This document shows, piece after piece, positions 28,325 through 41,027 of a stretch of 64,000 nucleotides of DNA. The first letter of the stretch is position 1. Each line of letters opens with the position of its first letter. The translations under genes and the position numbers were made by a program. The DNA comes from an uncultured Acidobacteriota bacterium. Its GTDB lineage: Bacteria; Acidobacteriota; Polarisedimenticolia; J045. The DNA is taken from positions 32,001 to 96,000 of the forward strand of contig CAVPCQ010000003.1 in assembly GCA_963702425.1 (NCBI GenBank), written 5' to 3'. The notes under the pieces were generated by a model. The model worked only from the letters and a program-made list of their open reading frames with translations. It was not told where the DNA came from and searched no databases.

Positions 28325-31300
28325 TCAGCGCAGCCCGAACTCCGCGCGCGCGAGCGGGAGCGACGCCGGATCGGCTCGCCGCGCTCGCCGGACTCGCTTC
28401 GCTCGCCGCGCTCGCCGCGCTCCCCCGCCCCCGGCTCCTCCCCCGCCTTCGGCGCGACGAGGAAGACGCGCTCCGCGGCGATGCCGCGCGTCGTCGTCAG
28501 GTAGTCCTGCGCGGCCTGCGCGCGGCGCTTGCCGAGCAGCCGCAGCTCGTCCTCACCCGCCGGAACATTGGCCAGGATCAGCGTCTCCATCTCCTCGACC
28601 GGCAGGTCCTTGGCGATCCCGAGCGCGGTGCGCGGCTTGGGGAACGACTCGGCACGGTACGCGGCCTTGAGCAGCGCCGGGTACTCCTCGGGGGTCCAGG
28701 TCGCCAGCTCGATCGACGCCGGCGCCGTCCCCTTGCGGCCGAGCGCCTTCATCTGCTGCGCCTTCACCTTCTGCTCGAGCGCGGCGCGCTTGAGGCCGTC
28801 GCGGTCGCCTTCGGGATCGACGTGCCCGGTGACGTCGAGCGAAAGGCCGGGGCGGTCGGCCAGCGCCGCGGCAAGCTGGTCGAGACGCGAGCGCGCGTCG
28901 TCGGTCAGCGCGGCGCTGCCGGGGTCGAACGCGATGTACGACAGGTCGCGATCAGAGCCCCCCTTCCCGGCCAGGAAGCGGAACGGCGAGGTGACCGCCT
29001 TGGTGAAGAGGTTGCCGACCATCTTCCAGATCAGCGGCCAGACCCGGAACTGCGGGTCGTCGAGCGAGCCGGTGAGCGGGATGTCGACGTCGATCACGCC
29101 ATTCTTGTCCTTCAGGAGCGCGATCCCGAGGCGCACCGGCAGCCGGGTCGCGGTCGGGCTGTCGACCTTCTCGCCCAGCGTCAGTTGGTCGATCACGACG
29201 TGGTTCTGCGCCTCGAGCTTCCCCTCCTGGACCAGGTAGCTGACGTCCGCCGAGAGCTTCCCCTTCTCGATCCCGTACCCGGCGTACTTGACCATGTAGG
29301 TCGAGAGGGGGGCAGCTCGATCTCGCGCGCGGTGGCGTCGATGTCGGCGAGGAGGCGCGGCGAGAGCAGGTTGAGCCGGCCGCGGATCGTCACCGGCGCG
29401 AGACCGTCGAGCTTCGCCGTCAGGTCGACGTCGGCCGGGTGCTCGGGCGTCATCTCGGTCACCGTCCCGGCGATCCCCGTGACGTTGGCGGAGTAGTTCG
29501 GCTTGACGAAGTGGTCGGTCGCGTCGAGCTGGCCGCCGGTGATCGTCACGTGGCCGAAGCGCAGGAACCTCGGGACGTTGGCGCCCGCCAGCGCGGGGAG
29601 GTCGGCGGAGAGCGGCACGGCCGGCGCGGCGGCGGGCTGCGGGCCGGAACTCCGGTCTCCAGCCTCGGCGGCGTCCGCCTCGTCGCTGGTGACCAGCGCG
29701 CGCCAGAAGTTGAGCGTGCCGTCCTCGTCGAGCACCGCGCGCAGGTAGAAGTCGGACAGCGCGATCTCGTCGACCGCGATCTGCAGCGGGTCGAGCTGCG
29801 CGTCGAGGCCGCCGAGGTAGAGCGACTTGACGTCGGCCAGCCGCTCGGTGCTCGCCTCGTCGAGCGTCGTCAGGTCCGAGACCAGGAGCGTCCCGCGGTA
29901 TTGGGCCTGGATCGAGCCCTCCGTTCCGGCAGGGAGCGCGGCCTTGATCGCCCCCTTCGCCGTCGCTGCGCCGCCGGTCAGCGTGACCTGGACGTGCGGG
30001 TCGACGTAGGGCTCGAACGGCGGGAGCGGGATCTGCCGCGCCTCCACCGTCCCCTCGGCGGCGAGCGGCGTCAGCCAGAGCGTGCCGTCGTAGGCGAACT
30101 CGCCGGAAGGGGCGCCGGATGGTGCGGCGGATGGAGCGCCGGCCGCGATCCGCCCTCGCAACCGCGCGCGGATCGGCTTCCTGGCCTCGTTGCTGATCCC
30201 CGCCAGGTCGGCCGAGACGCGGGACAGCCGCGTCGTCACCGGCGGCACCGGCAGTTGGTCCTCGAAAGTCAGCGCGATCTCGGAGCCGACGAGGTGCTTC
30301 ACGCCGATCCGCCACGGCGCCTCGCCCCCGGCGGCGCGAGCCTTGCCCGCCGGAATCGGCTTGAGGATCCGCGTGACGTGCAGCGTGCCGTCGGGATCGC
30401 GGCGCACGTACGCGGTCCCGCCGGCCGCGCGCACCTCGTCGAGCGCGATCGTCCGCGCCGCGAGGTCGGCGGCGCCGCCGGCGATCTCGGCGCGCGTGAG
30501 GCGCAGCAGCGGCGTCGGCTCGCCGGGCATGACGACGACGACGTCGTGGACGGTTGCGGCGATCTCCCGGGCCGCCACGCCGAGCGCGCCGTCCTTCAGC
30601 GACGCCGTGTAGCCGGTGGCCGCGTCGAGCGTGCCGGCCGTCACCTCGACGTTGAGCAGCTCCGCGTAGTACGGGTAGAGCCGCTGCAGCCGGAAGCCCG
30701 TCAGGCGGACCTCGCCGCTCGATGCGAGCGGATCGAGCGTCAGCGTTCCGGTCTGCGCGAACGTCCCCTCGGCGTCGGTCGTGAACGACGACTCGACGCG
30801 GGCCTCGGTCCCCGGCGCGTTGCCGAGCCCGCGCACCGTCAGCGCCACGTTGGCCAGGTCGGTGATGAACGGCCGGGCCGGGAGATCGTCGCGCAGGCGG
30901 AACGAACCCCCGGTCACCGCGATCTCATCGACGGAGAACGCGAGGCGGCGGGACGATCCCGCATCGCCCTCCGGCCGCGCGGGCAGCGCCGGCAGCGCGT
31001 CCTGCAGGTTGAGCGTGCCGTCCGGCCGGCGGACGATCGTCGCCTCGGGCCGCTCCAGCCGGATCGTCCGGACGGCCGCCGACGGCGCGAGCAGGTCGAC
31101 CTCGTCGAGCTCCACCGCGAGCCGCGCGAGCGACGCCAGCCGCTTCCCCGGCGGCAGGTCGAGCGCGACGCCCGAGAGCGCCGCCGTCCCGCGCAGCAGC
31201 AGCCGCGCGGGCGCGAGCGAGGCACCGCCCGGCGCGGCCGCGAAGACCAGCGTGAGGTCGGTGTCGAGCTTCCCCGACGGCAGCGCGAACGGCAGCGCCA

Positions 31301-32016
31301 CCGGCGAGTAGTCGATGTAATCCGGGATCGGGAGCGCTTCGAACTTCAGCTCCAGCGTCGTCTCCAGCGTGTCCTTGAACGGCTTGGTGCCGCCCTGCAG
31401 CGCGAAGGGCGTGCCGTTCGCGCGCCCCGAGAGCTCGGGCTTCACGTCGACGTCGATCGCCGAGGAGAGATTCGAGAGGAACGGCACCCCCACGACCAGC
31501 TCCGCGACCTCGTGCTGCCGGCCGACCAGCCGGTCGTCGAAGCGGATCGAGCCGTCCAGCACCCGGATGTTGTAGAGCGCGAACTTCTTCGGCGGCCCCT
31601 TCGATGGCGCCAGGACGTACTCCTCGACCAGGTCCTGCCAGTTGTAGGTCCGGTCCGGAAAGCGGACCACGCTGAGCGCCGGGCGCGTGACCGTCAGCGC
31701 GTCGAGCACCGGCGCGAAGCGGTAGAACGTGGCGGACGAGACGTTGGCGAACAGCTCCTCGACGCGGACCGCGTCGGCGGAACCGTCCCGCTCCCGGATC
31801 GTCAGCCCACGAATGGTCGCCGACGAGCCGGAACGGGTTGACGGCGACCGACTCGACCGTCACCGGCCGGTGCAGCAGGCGCGAGAGCTGCCGCGCGAGC
31901 TGCCAGCGCACGAGCGGCGGGCCGAGCAGGTAGCCGGCGGCGACGAACAGCACGCACGCGCCCAGCGCCACGATCGCCGCGCGGAGCAGGCGGCTTTTCG
32001 GCCACACGACGCTCAT
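28325..32016 (-). CDS. DUF748 repeat (AsmA-like) protein with C-terminal OmpA-like region (frameshifts near 31820, 29310, 28370)
   Basis: N-terminal TM, VNPF, beta-rich repeats, KYAGYGIEKGKLS, LLKDKNGVIDVDIPLTGSLDDPQF, likely end RAEFGLR*. Confidence 0.82.
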
Positions 32017-32184
32017 CGTGCCCTGCCGTCCCCGTGCCGCGGGCCCTGCGCCCGGGCGCGGGCCGATCTTGGCACATGCCCCGGCGGATCCGGAAGCGCC
32101 GGTCCCGGCGCGACCGGAAGCGCCAGTCCCGGCGCTGCGAGTGACGAGCGGCCGGCCGCCGATCCCCTTCCCCGTGGATAATGA

Positions 32185-32664
<480 letters not shown>

Positions 32665-32723
32665 GCCGGATCCACCCCGCGGGCATTTTCCCCGACTGCC
32701 CTATAATGCGCCGCCGGTGACGC

Positions 32724-32813
32724 GGAGAGATGTCCGAGTGGTTTAAGGAGCACGCTTGGAAAGCGTGTGTACGGGTAACCGTACCGTGGGTTCGAATCCC
32801 ACTCTCTCCGCCA
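32724..32813 (+). tRNA. tRNA-Ser (GGA)
   Basis: GGAGAGA/TCTCTCC acceptor, CACGC-ttGGAaa-GCGTG, long variable arm, CCA; TATAAT at 32702. Confidence 0.96.
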
Positions 32814-32865
32814 CATTCGACGCGCGCCCGGGACGCCGGCCGCCGCCGAATCCGGTCGAAATTGT

Positions 32866-32966
32866 GGGGCTCGCCCCTGTGCGACCCGGTCCCGTGAACC
32901 CCGTCAGGCCCGGAAGGGAGCAGCGGTAAACGGATCGCCGGGTGCGCCGCAGGATCAGTGAGCCCC
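32866..32966 (+). ncRNA. ffs: Signal recognition particle RNA (4.5S)
   Basis: TCAGGCCCGGAAGGGAGCAGC domain IV motif within a long hairpin closed by GGGGCTC/GAGCCCC; upstream of dnaX. Confidence 0.93.
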
Positions 32967-33029
32967 TCCTTATCAAGGGAGGCGGGCCCGGCGACGGCCG
33001 GGCCCCCCCTCCTGCCCGGGGAGGACGGG

Positions 33030-34803
33030 GTGCCGCGACGGCCGCTGGCTCGGATCTACCGCCCGCAGCGCTTCTCCGAGGTCCTCGGCCAGGAAGCCCC
33101 GGTCCGGGCGCTCTCGGCGGCCGCGGCGCGGGGCGACGTCGCCAGCGCCTACATCTTCTCGGGGACCCGCGGGATCGGGAAGACGACGATCGCGCGCGTC
33201 TTCGCCAAGGCGCTCAACTGCGACAAGGGGCCGGCCGCCGACTGCTGCGGCGAGTGCACCCCGTGCCGCGAGATCGCCGAGGCGCGCGCGCTCGACGTGC
33301 TCGAGCTCGACGCCGCGACGCACACCGGGATCGACGACGTGCGCGAGCTGCGCGAGGCGGCGCAGTACCCGCCGACGCGCGACCGCTACCGGATCTTCAT
33401 CCTCGACGAAGCCCACCAGCTCTCGACCGCGGCCTGGAACGGACTCCTGAAGATCCTCGAGGAGCCGCCCCCCTACTGCGTCTTCCTGTTCTGCACCACC
33501 GAGCCGCACAAGATCCCGGCCACGATCGAGTCGCGCGCGCTGCACTTCGCCTTCCGCAGCCCCGCGCCGGCCGCGATCCGCGCCCACCTGGCCGAGGTCG
33601 CGAAGAAGGAGCAGGTCGCCGTCGAGCCCGAGGCGCTCGACCTGCTGGCGCGCGCCGCCGACGGCTCGGTGCGCGACGGCCTGTCGGCGCTCGACCAGGT
33701 GCGCGCGCTGGCCGACGGGCGCGACGACCGGACGATCACCGCCGCCGCGGTGCGCGACGCGCTGGGGCTGATCCCGGGCGAGGTCGTGACGCGCTTCCTG
33801 GCCGCGCTCCCCGGCGGCGACGCGGCGGCCGCGCTGGCGGTCGTCGCCGAGCTGGACCTCGAGGGGCAGGACCTGCGCTCGTTCGCGGCCGAACTGCTCG
33901 ACCGCGTGCGCCACGCGGCGGTCGCGCGCGCCGTCGGGCGCGACGCCGACGCCGCCGAGCTGGCGGAGCTGTCGATCGAGCAGCTGGCGTGGCTGGGGAA
34001 GGTGCTCGACGAGACCGAGATGCGCCTGCGGCAGAACGCGCCGCAGCGCGTGCTGATGGACCTCGCGGCGGTGCGGATGACGCGGATGGCGTCGCTCCCC
34101 GCGCTGGCCAGCGTCGTGGAGGCGCTGGGCCGCAGCGGCGGATCCGGCGGCGGCGGCAGCTCAGCGGGCGGGACCGGGCGTCCTGCGTTGTCCGCCGCGC
34201 CGCAGCCGCGCGCCGCGCCGCAGCCGCCCGCCGCTCCCCCGCCCCGCCCGACGCGCGCGCGGACCGCCCCTTCCGAACCGCCGCCCGAGCACCGCCGCCC
34301 GAACCGCCGGCCGAACCGCCGCCCGAGCCCGCTGCCGCCCGCGACCCCGCCCGGCGGCCTGCTCGCCCCGCTCGGCGAGCAGCTGGCCGCGATCAGCCCG
34401 GCGCTCGCGAACTACCTCTCCGCGCTCGGCGACGCGCGGCTGGACGCGCGGGGGACGCTGGTCCTCGAGCTGCGCGCCGAGAAGCGGATCTGGAAGGACC
34501 GCTTCGCGCAGCCGGCGGCGCGCGAGGCGGTGCTCGAAGCGGCACGCCGCGTGCTGGGTCGCGTCCCCTCCGGGGTCGAGGTCATCGTCGCCGGCAACGG
34601 TGCGGCCTCGCCCGGCCGCGGCCCCGGCGGCGCCGGAGCCTCGCGCTCGTCGCGCGCGCAGGTGCTCGACGAGGCCCGGCGCGACCCGGTAGTGAAGGAG
34701 CTGTTCGAGCGCTTCGGCGCCGTGCTGCTCGACGGCCAGCCGCTGGACGACGGCGGCGGCTCCCAGGCCTGGCGAGATCGACGACAGGAGGCATCGCCCG
34801 TGA
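33030..34803 (+). CDS. dnaX: DNA polymerase III subunit gamma/tau (probable indel near 3' end)
   Basis: YRPQRFSEVLGQ, GTRGIGKTT, Zn cluster, DEAHQLS, LLKILEEPP, GSVRD; GTG start with GGAGG RBS. Confidence 0.93.
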
Positions 34804-35111
34804 AGCCGAACATCAACAAGATGCTGAAGGACGCCCAGCGCGCGCAGGAGAAGATGCAGGAGGAGATCTCCGCGCTGCGCTGCGCCGGGACCTCGGGCGG
34901 CGGCGTGATCCGCGCCGTCTGCGACGGCAACCGCAACCTGGTCGAGCTGACGATCTCGCCCGAGGCGCTCGAGGACCCCGACCCCGGGATGGTGTCCGAC
35001 CTCGTGCTGGCCGCCGTCAACGACGCGCAGCGGGTCGTCGATGCCGAGGTCCAGAAGAAGATGTCGGCGCTGGCCGGAATGATGGGCCTGCCGCCGGGCC
35101 TCGGCTTCTGA
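34800..35111 (+). CDS. ybaB: YbaB/EbfC nucleoid-associated protein
   Basis: GTG with AGGAGG RBS; GTSGGG, DLVLAAVNDA; between dnaX and recR. Confidence 0.9.
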   Translation: MKPNINKMLKDAQRAQEKMQEEISALRCAGTSGGGVIRAVCDGNRNLVELTISPEALEDPDPGMVSDLVLAAVNDAQRVVDAEVQKKMSALAGMMGLPPGLGF

Positions 35112-35139
35112 GCCGCGGCGAGCCGCCGGGAGATCGCGC

Positions 35140-35745
35140 GTGGCCGACCTGCCGGAGCCGCTGGAGCGCCTCGTCTCGCGCCTGATCCGCCTGCCCGGGA
35201 TCGGCCGCCGCGGGGCGCAGCGGATCGCGTTCCACCTGGCAGGTGCGCCGGCGGACGACGTGCGCGCGCTGGCCGGGGCGATCGCGGCCCTCCCCGAGGC
35301 GCTCTCCCCCTGCACCGTCTGCGGGAACATCGCCGGCGCGGAGCTGTGCCCGGTCTGCGCCGACCCGCGGCGCGACCGGACCGCGCTCTGCGTCGTCGAG
35401 CTGCCCGAGAACCTGGCCGCGGTCGAGCGCACCGCCGCCTACCGCGGCGTCTACCACGTGCTCGGAGGCTCGATCTCCCCGCTGCGGGGGGTCGGCCCCG
35501 GAGACCTGCGGATCGACACCCTGCTGGCCCGGCTGGCCACGGGAGAGGTGCGGGAGGTCATCCTGACCACCAACCCGACGGTCGAGGGGGAAGCGACGGC
35601 CCATTACCTGGCCCGGCTGATCGCCCCGTCCGGGGTGCGCGTCACCCGCCCCGCGACCGGGCTCCCCGTCGGGGGAGAACTCGACTTCGTCGACCAGGCG
35701 ACCCTGGCCCGGGCCTTCGAAGGGCGGCGCGGCTTCGAGGACTAG
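35140..35745 (+). CDS. recR: Recombination mediator RecR
   Basis: LPGIGRRGAQR, C4 zinc finger, YHVLGG, NPTVEGEATA. Confidence 0.96.
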   Translation: MADLPEPLERLVSRLIRLPGIGRRGAQRIAFHLAGAPADDVRALAGAIAALPEALSPCTVCGNIAGAELCPVCADPRRDRTALCVVELPENLAAVERTAAYRGVYHVLGGSISPLRGVGPGDLRIDTLLARLATGEVREVILTTNPTVEGEATAHYLARLIAPSGVRVTRPATGLPVGGELDFVDQATLARAFEGRRGFED

Positions 35746-35912
35746 CCCGTCCCCCGCCCGTCCCCCCACCCCGCCGCACGGTGGACCGTCGTGGACGAGG
35801 GGGGCCGGGGGGACTTACATTCGCGCCGGTACTGCGCGTGCCCGATCCGAACGTCGCGGACCATCACGAACGCTGGCGGACGACTCGCGCGACCGGCCAC
35901 GAGGACGACGGA

Positions 35913-36413
35913 ATGCAGGGGACCGACCTGATCCTCCGCGAGGAGGAGCACCGCAAGATCAGCCGCCTCGCGGACCGTCTCCTGAAGGAGGCCAACGCCG
36001 AGTTCGTGGCCCTGATCGACCGCAACGGCCAGCCGATCAGCTGGTCCGGCGGGATGGAGGGGCTCGACAAGACGGCGCTGGCTTCGCTGGCCGCCGGCAA
36101 CGTCGCCGCCACGGAAGGCCTGGCGCGGATGATCGGCGAGCAGCGCTTCCTCTCGATGTACCACGAGGGGGACCGCGACCACGTCTACATGTCCGCGGTC
36201 GGCGAGATCGGGATCCTGGTCGTCGCGTTCAACGAGCGCTCCTCGCTGGGCCTGGTCCGGCTGCGCGTGCGGCAGGTCACCCCCGACATGGAGGCCGTGA
36301 TCCGCGAGGTGATCGAGAAGAGCAAGCGCGGGATCGACGCCGGCGACGCCTTCGCCCCGCTGGGCGAGATCACCGACGACGACATCGACAACCTGTTCAA
36401 GGACGGGTTCTAG
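35913..36413 (+). CDS. mglB: Roadblock/LC7 protein MglB (GAP)
   Basis: LIDRNGQ, LASLAAGNVAATEGLA, SSLGLVRLRV, ITDDDIDNLF. Confidence 0.9.
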   Translation: MQGTDLILREEEHRKISRLADRLLKEANAEFVALIDRNGQPISWSGGMEGLDKTALASLAAGNVAATEGLARMIGEQRFLSMYHEGDRDHVYMSAVGEIGILVVAFNERSSLGLVRLRVRQVTPDMEAVIREVIEKSKRGIDAGDAFAPLGEITDDDIDNLFKDGF

Positions 36414-36416
36414 GCC

Positions 36417-37010
36417 ATGCCCTTCATCAACTACGCCAGCCGCGAGATCACCTGCAAGCTCGTCTACTACGGGCCGGGGCTCTGCGGCAAGACGACCAAC
36501 CTGCAGTGGATCTACCAGCAGTCCAGCCCCGAGGCGAAGGGGAAGCTGGTCTCGCTGGCGACCGAGGCCGAGCGCACGCTGTTCTTCGACCTGCTGCCGC
36601 TCAATCTCGGCCAGATCCGCGGCTTCAACATCCGCTTCCAGCTCTACACCGTGCCGGGCCAGATCTTCTACGACGCCTCGCGCAAGCTGATCGTCAAGGG
36701 GGCCGACGGCGTCGTCTTCGTCGCCGACTCGCAGAGCGCGCGCTACGACGCCAACATCGAGTCGCTGCGCAACCTGCAGGAGCACCTCAAGGAGAACGGG
36801 ATCGACTTCTGGACGATCCCCTACGTCCTGCAGCTCAACAAGCGCGACCTGCCGACGGCGATGCCGCGCGAGGACCTGGAGGCGGTGCTGCGGGTCCGGA
36901 ACGAGCCGGTCTTCGACGCGGTCGCCCCGCAGGGGGTCGGCGTCTTCGAGACGCTGAAGGCGCTGGTCAAGCAGTCGCTGACCCGGCTGCGGACGGGGGC
37001 GACGGCCTAG
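36417..37010 (+). CDS. mglA: Small Ras-like GTPase MglA
   Basis: KLVYYGPGLCGKTTNL, RTLFFD, TVPGQ, NKRDL. Confidence 0.95.
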   Translation: MPFINYASREITCKLVYYGPGLCGKTTNLQWIYQQSSPEAKGKLVSLATEAERTLFFDLLPLNLGQIRGFNIRFQLYTVPGQIFYDASRKLIVKGADGVVFVADSQSARYDANIESLRNLQEHLKENGIDFWTIPYVLQLNKRDLPTAMPREDLEAVLRVRNEPVFDAVAPQGVGVFETLKALVKQSLTRLRTGATA

Positions 37011-37052
37011 TATCCTGAGCCCGCTCCGCGCCTGGCGCGGAAGGGGGCGTCC

Positions 37053-39553
37053 ATGGCGTGGTCGCGCGCGCCGTTCCGTCGTCGTCGCTCGTCGTGGTCG
37101 CTCATCTCCGCCTGTGCCGGCGCTTGCGTCGCGTGGTCCGCCGAGTTGCTCGTGCGGGTACAGGACGGCGACGGCGTCGCGCTGCCCGAGTGGTGCGTCA
37201 GCCTGCTCCGGGTCGGGCCGGTGCCGGCGGCGGCAGGGGGACGGGGCCGCGGCCGTGCCGCCCGGCGGGCGCCCCGGGAACCGCAGCGCGGCCGCCCTAC
37301 GCGACCACCGACCTGGCGGGGCGCGCCGTCGTTCTCCGGCCTCGCGCCGGGCGTCTACCGGGTCGCCTTTCCCGGGACCGGCCTGGACGAGCGATGGCTG
37401 CTGACCCCGCCGGCTGGCGACGCGGTCTTCACGCTGCCCGACGAGCGCGCGCGCGCCGAGCTGACGCTCGTGCTGCCGCGCGGCGACCGGCTCGTCGTGA
37501 CGATCGAGACCGACGAAGTCATCCGGCGCGTGCGCGTCGATCCGGCTGGTCGAGCAGGCGCGGGGGGGCGAGTTCGCTTTCGCCGCCTGCTCCACGCGGG
37601 AGGCCAGACGGATCGTCCCGCCCGGACGCTGGACCGTGACCGCGACGGGGCAGAACGGCGCGACCTTCGAGTCGCTCGCGCTCGACGGCGTCCCCGCGCC
37701 GGGCGCGGTCGGCGAGATCGAGGTCACCGCGGGGGGGCGCACGCACGATCTCCGGCTGCGCTACGGGACGGGCTGCATGGTGCTCCGGCCGCGCCCGCTG
37801 GAACGTCGGCAACAGCCCGCCGGCCTCCGTCTGCGCCCGGCTCGTCGCGCCGGGGCCGCGGCTCGCGGCGGCGCTCGCCGCCGGGGAGAAGCAGCCGGAC
37901 CACGTCTGCTTCTCGCTGGTCGACTCCGGCAACTGGTCGGGCCAGGTGGCGGACGGAACCTGGACGATCGCGCCGGAGGGCGAGCGGCTGATCGCTCGGA
38001 GCCGCCGTCGGCGACGTTCGAGTGCCGCGCGAACGAGATCGGGAGCTTCGACTTCGAGCTGCGGGCGCGCGACGAGGAGGAGACGGACAAGCTGTACGTG
38101 AAGGTCGTCACGGCGGAGGGCGAGCCGGTGGGCGGCGCCGCGGTCGAACTGTTCCCCCGCGACGCGGGCCCAATGGAGACCGCGGAGCCGCTGGCGTCTC
38201 GACCCAGAGCTTCGGGCGCGAGGGCGTCACCGTCTTTCTCCGCGCGCCGCGCCGGGAGCTGGTCGCGGTCGCCACGCACCCGGTGTACGGCGACGGCCGG
38301 CTCGAGCTTGGGCTGCGGCGCGGCCACGTCGTGCTCGCGCTGGAGCGGCGCGCGACGCTCGCGATCCAGGCCACGGGGCCGGACGGAAAGGCGTTCCGCG
38401 GGGTGGAGGTCACGCTCGACGCGGAGACCGACGAGCCGCTGCCGAAGACCGCGGCCTCCGGCTTCCGCGTGGCGCAAGGCCCAGGCGCACCGCCGCGCCG
38501 TGACCGACGCCACCGGCCGCGCCACGCTGCAGGGGCTGCGCCCGGGGCGCTGGCGGGTGCGGCCCGCCATCACGGGCCCGACGCGGCCCGCTGGTCGGCG
38601 TCGATCCTCGTCGCGGAGAACGAGCGCGTGCCCGAGACCGTGGTCGACGTGCCCGGAGACCGGGCAGGTCCCGCTGGCGATCCGCGTCCGGCCGGCGACC
38701 GCGATCGAGCTGCGGCTGGCCTGCGACGACGACGGCAAGGTGCCGATGCGCGCGTCGGTCGCGCTGCTCGAGCCGCACGCCGACGCGCCGTGGCGGAGCG
38801 CGCTGCCGATCGGGAAGCTCGAGGCGGCGAAATCGCTCGACGGGCTGGCGCTCGGCGGGCCCCAGCTCGACCGGCTCGTCGCGGGACCGCTCCCCGCGGG
38901 GACCTTCGCGATCGCGATCCGCCCCGAGGGGTTCGACCGCTGGACCTTCGCGCCCGGCACCGAGGATCCGGCCCGCGCGGGGGTCCTCGCGCTGAACGAA
39001 GGCGAGGCGCTCGAGCTCGGCACCTGGGAGCTGAACTGCCGGCCGTCGATCCTGCTCGTGCCGGAGTGGCGCGAGCCGGGGCCAGACGCGCCGCCCGACA
39101 TCGCGCGCGCCGAGGCCGCGGTGGAGCCTGGCGCCCGAGGGCGCCGCGCGGCGCGACGCGACGGCGGGGCCGCCCGTCGCGGCGCCGGCCCGAACGCCGT
39201 ACCGCCAGCCCCTGCTGAACGCGCTGCGCCTGACGGGCCTCGACCCCGGCCGGTTCACCGCGACGATCGCGATCACCGACCGCCTGCTGCTGCCGGAAGG
39301 CGCGCGGCCCGAGGGAGACGGTTCGGCTGTCGCGCTGGAGCGCGGGCGGGAGCTGGTGCGGCGCGTGCCGTTCGAGTCGCGCGCCGGCAGCCTCGACGTC
39401 GTGAGCGACGCCCCCGCGATCCTGCTGCTCGACGCGAACGGCGCGACGGTCGCGTTGCTGGCGCGGGCGTCGAACGGTGTCTTCCGCGCCGGCCCGCTCC
39501 CGCCGGGGGACTATCGCGTCCAAGCCTGCCGCGATGCGGCGTGTGCCGCGTGA
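37053..39553 (+). CDS. Secreted protein with carboxypeptidase-regulatory-like (prealbumin-fold) repeats; multiply frameshifted
   Basis: Signal-like N-terminus; repeated GLAPGVYRV, TDATGRATLQGLRPGRWRV, GPLPAGTF, GPLPPGDYRV motifs across several frames. Confidence 0.6.
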
Positions 39554-39633
39554 GGGCGCTTCGCTCGGCGAGGTGGCGATCTCCGCCGGGGCGGTCGCCG
39601 CGGTCCCGTAGCCCTCGCTTTCGACAGCAGACC

Positions 39634-39997
39634 TCAGGTCGGGATCCACCAGCGCCAGGATCCGCGCCGTCGCGTCGCGCAGGATCTCGTCCGGGACGGA
39701 GCCGCGCTCGCGCGGCCGCGCGGACCCTCCAGTCGAGGGCAGTCTTGAGCTGGTCGCAGAGCACCGCGCCCTGCACGATCGAGGCCGCTCGGCGGAGCCC
39801 GACCTCGAACGGATAGCCCTTCACGTTCGACGTGAGCGGGCAAGACGAGCGCCAGCCCGCACACTTGCGGTTGTACGACCGCGGCGAGATCACGAGCGCG
39901 CGGGCGCCGGCCCGCCTGCTCGCTGCCGGCCTGCGGGTTGAATTGCAGCCAGACCCGAGGTCGCCACGCTCCGGGACGTAGACGCCCCGGCCGTCAC
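39634..39997 (-). pseudogene. mazF: MazF/PemK toxin, multiply frameshifted
   Basis: YVPERGD...FNPQAGSEQAGRRP...VISPRSYN...CPLTSNVKGYPFEV...DQLK..DW pieces in different frames; may be assembly error. Confidence 0.75.
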
Positions 39998-40270
39998 CAG
40001 GCCTCCCGGCCGACCGGGCCGCCGGAGTCGAACTCGTCGTGCCGGTTTTCGTCGGTGACCCAGGCGGAGCAGCTCGTCGAGCTCGCTACCTTCCGGGGGC
40101 GGTGACGCGAGGGCGGATCACGAGGCCCCCCACGATGAAGCCTCGCGGTGTCGACAGGGATAACGCCAGGATCCGATCTCGGAGCCGGCCGACACCCCGG
40201 CCTCCTCCGCGAAGGCCTTGGGGATCCGCAGGCCGAGGCTGTTTCCCCACTTCCGGATGGTGGTCTGCAC
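39994..40270 (-). CDS. mazE: MazE/AbrB antitoxin (frameshifted)
   Basis: VQTTIRKWGNSLGLRIPKAFAEE ... VTDENRHDEFDSGGPVGREAW. Confidence 0.8.
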
Positions 40271-40282
40271 GGCGTCCTCGAT

Positions 40283-40301
40283 GGATACACAATGAGTATA
40301 C
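40283..40301 (-). promoter_or_regulatory. mazEF operator overlapping a -10 box
   Basis: Imperfect palindrome GGATACACAATGAGTATAC containing TATACT on the minus strand, just upstream of mazE. Confidence 0.6.
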
Positions 40302-40350
40302 TGCCGTTCGACCCGACGGGCCCGTTCGCACCGCCCCGCGCCCTTCCAGG

Positions 40351-40379
40351 TTGACGGCCCCCCGCCCCGCCCCTAGAAT
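40351..40379 (+). promoter_or_regulatory. Sigma70-type promoter of the rplU operon
   Basis: TTGACG-N17-TAGAAT. Confidence 0.75.
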
Positions 40380-40408
40380 CCCGCGCTTCGCGTCTTTCGG
40401 GAGGTTTC

Positions 40409-40729
40409 ATGTCCTTCGCAGTCATTGCGGCGGGCGGGCGGCAGTTGCGCGTCGAACCAGGCGAACTGGTGCGCGTCGACCGGCTGCACAGCGCGGCGGG
40501 TGATCAGGTCACCTTCGATCGCGTCCTGCTCGTCGGTTCCGATGCCGGGCTCAAGGTCGGCACGCCGGTCGTGGCGGGCGCCACGGTCACCGCGCGCGTC
40601 ATCGAGGAGCGCCGCGAGAAGAAGGTGCTGATCTTCAAGAAGCGCCGGACCAAGACGTTCCGGAAGATGCGCGGCCACCGCGAGTACTTCACGCTGGTGC
40701 GCATCGAGGCGATCGAGCCGGGCAGCTAG
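40409..40729 (+). CDS. rplU: 50S ribosomal protein bL21
   Basis: [29 protein letters not shown]. Confidence 0.97.
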   Translation: MSFAVIAAGGRQLRVEPGELVRVDRLHSAAGDQVTFDRVLLVGSDAGLKVGTPVVAGATVTARVIEERREKKVLIFKKRRTKTFRKMRGHREYFTLVRIEAIEPGS

Positions 40730-40740
40730 GGGGTACGGAA

Positions 40741-40998
40741 ATGGCTCACAAGAAAGCCGGTGGTTCGTCCCGCAACGGTCGCGACAGCCAGTCCCAGCGG
40801 CTGGGCGTGAAGCGCTTCGGCGGCCAGGTCGTCAAGGCCGGGAACATCCTCGTCCGCCAGCGCGGGACCCCGATCAAGCCCGGGCCGAACGTCGGGCGCG
40901 GCAAGGACGACACCCTCTTCGCGCTCGAGGACGGCGTCGTGACGTTCAAGGATCGCGGCCGCATGGGCCGGTTCGTGTCGATCGTCCCGCAGGCCTGA
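40741..40998 (+). CDS. rpmA: 50S ribosomal protein bL27
   Basis: [24 protein letters not shown]. Confidence 0.98.
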   Translation: MAHKKAGGSSRNGRDSQSQRLGVKRFGGQVVKAGNILVRQRGTPIKPGPNVGRGKDDTLFALEDGVVTFKDRGRMGRFVSIVPQA

Positions 40999-41027
40999 GG
41001 CGGCTCGCCTCTCGGGCCGCGGACCGG

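Noticed and set aside
28370-28430. 9-bp tandem repeat (CGCTCGCCG-like)
   Set aside because: Encodes a low-complexity GER linker near the DUF748 C-terminus
32958-35111. DnaX-YbaB fusion or programmed dnaX frameshift
   Set aside because: ybaB has its own AGGAGG+GTG; an alternative frame ends dnaX at the overlapping TGA (34801-34803); no A-AAA-AAG or A9 slippery site seen
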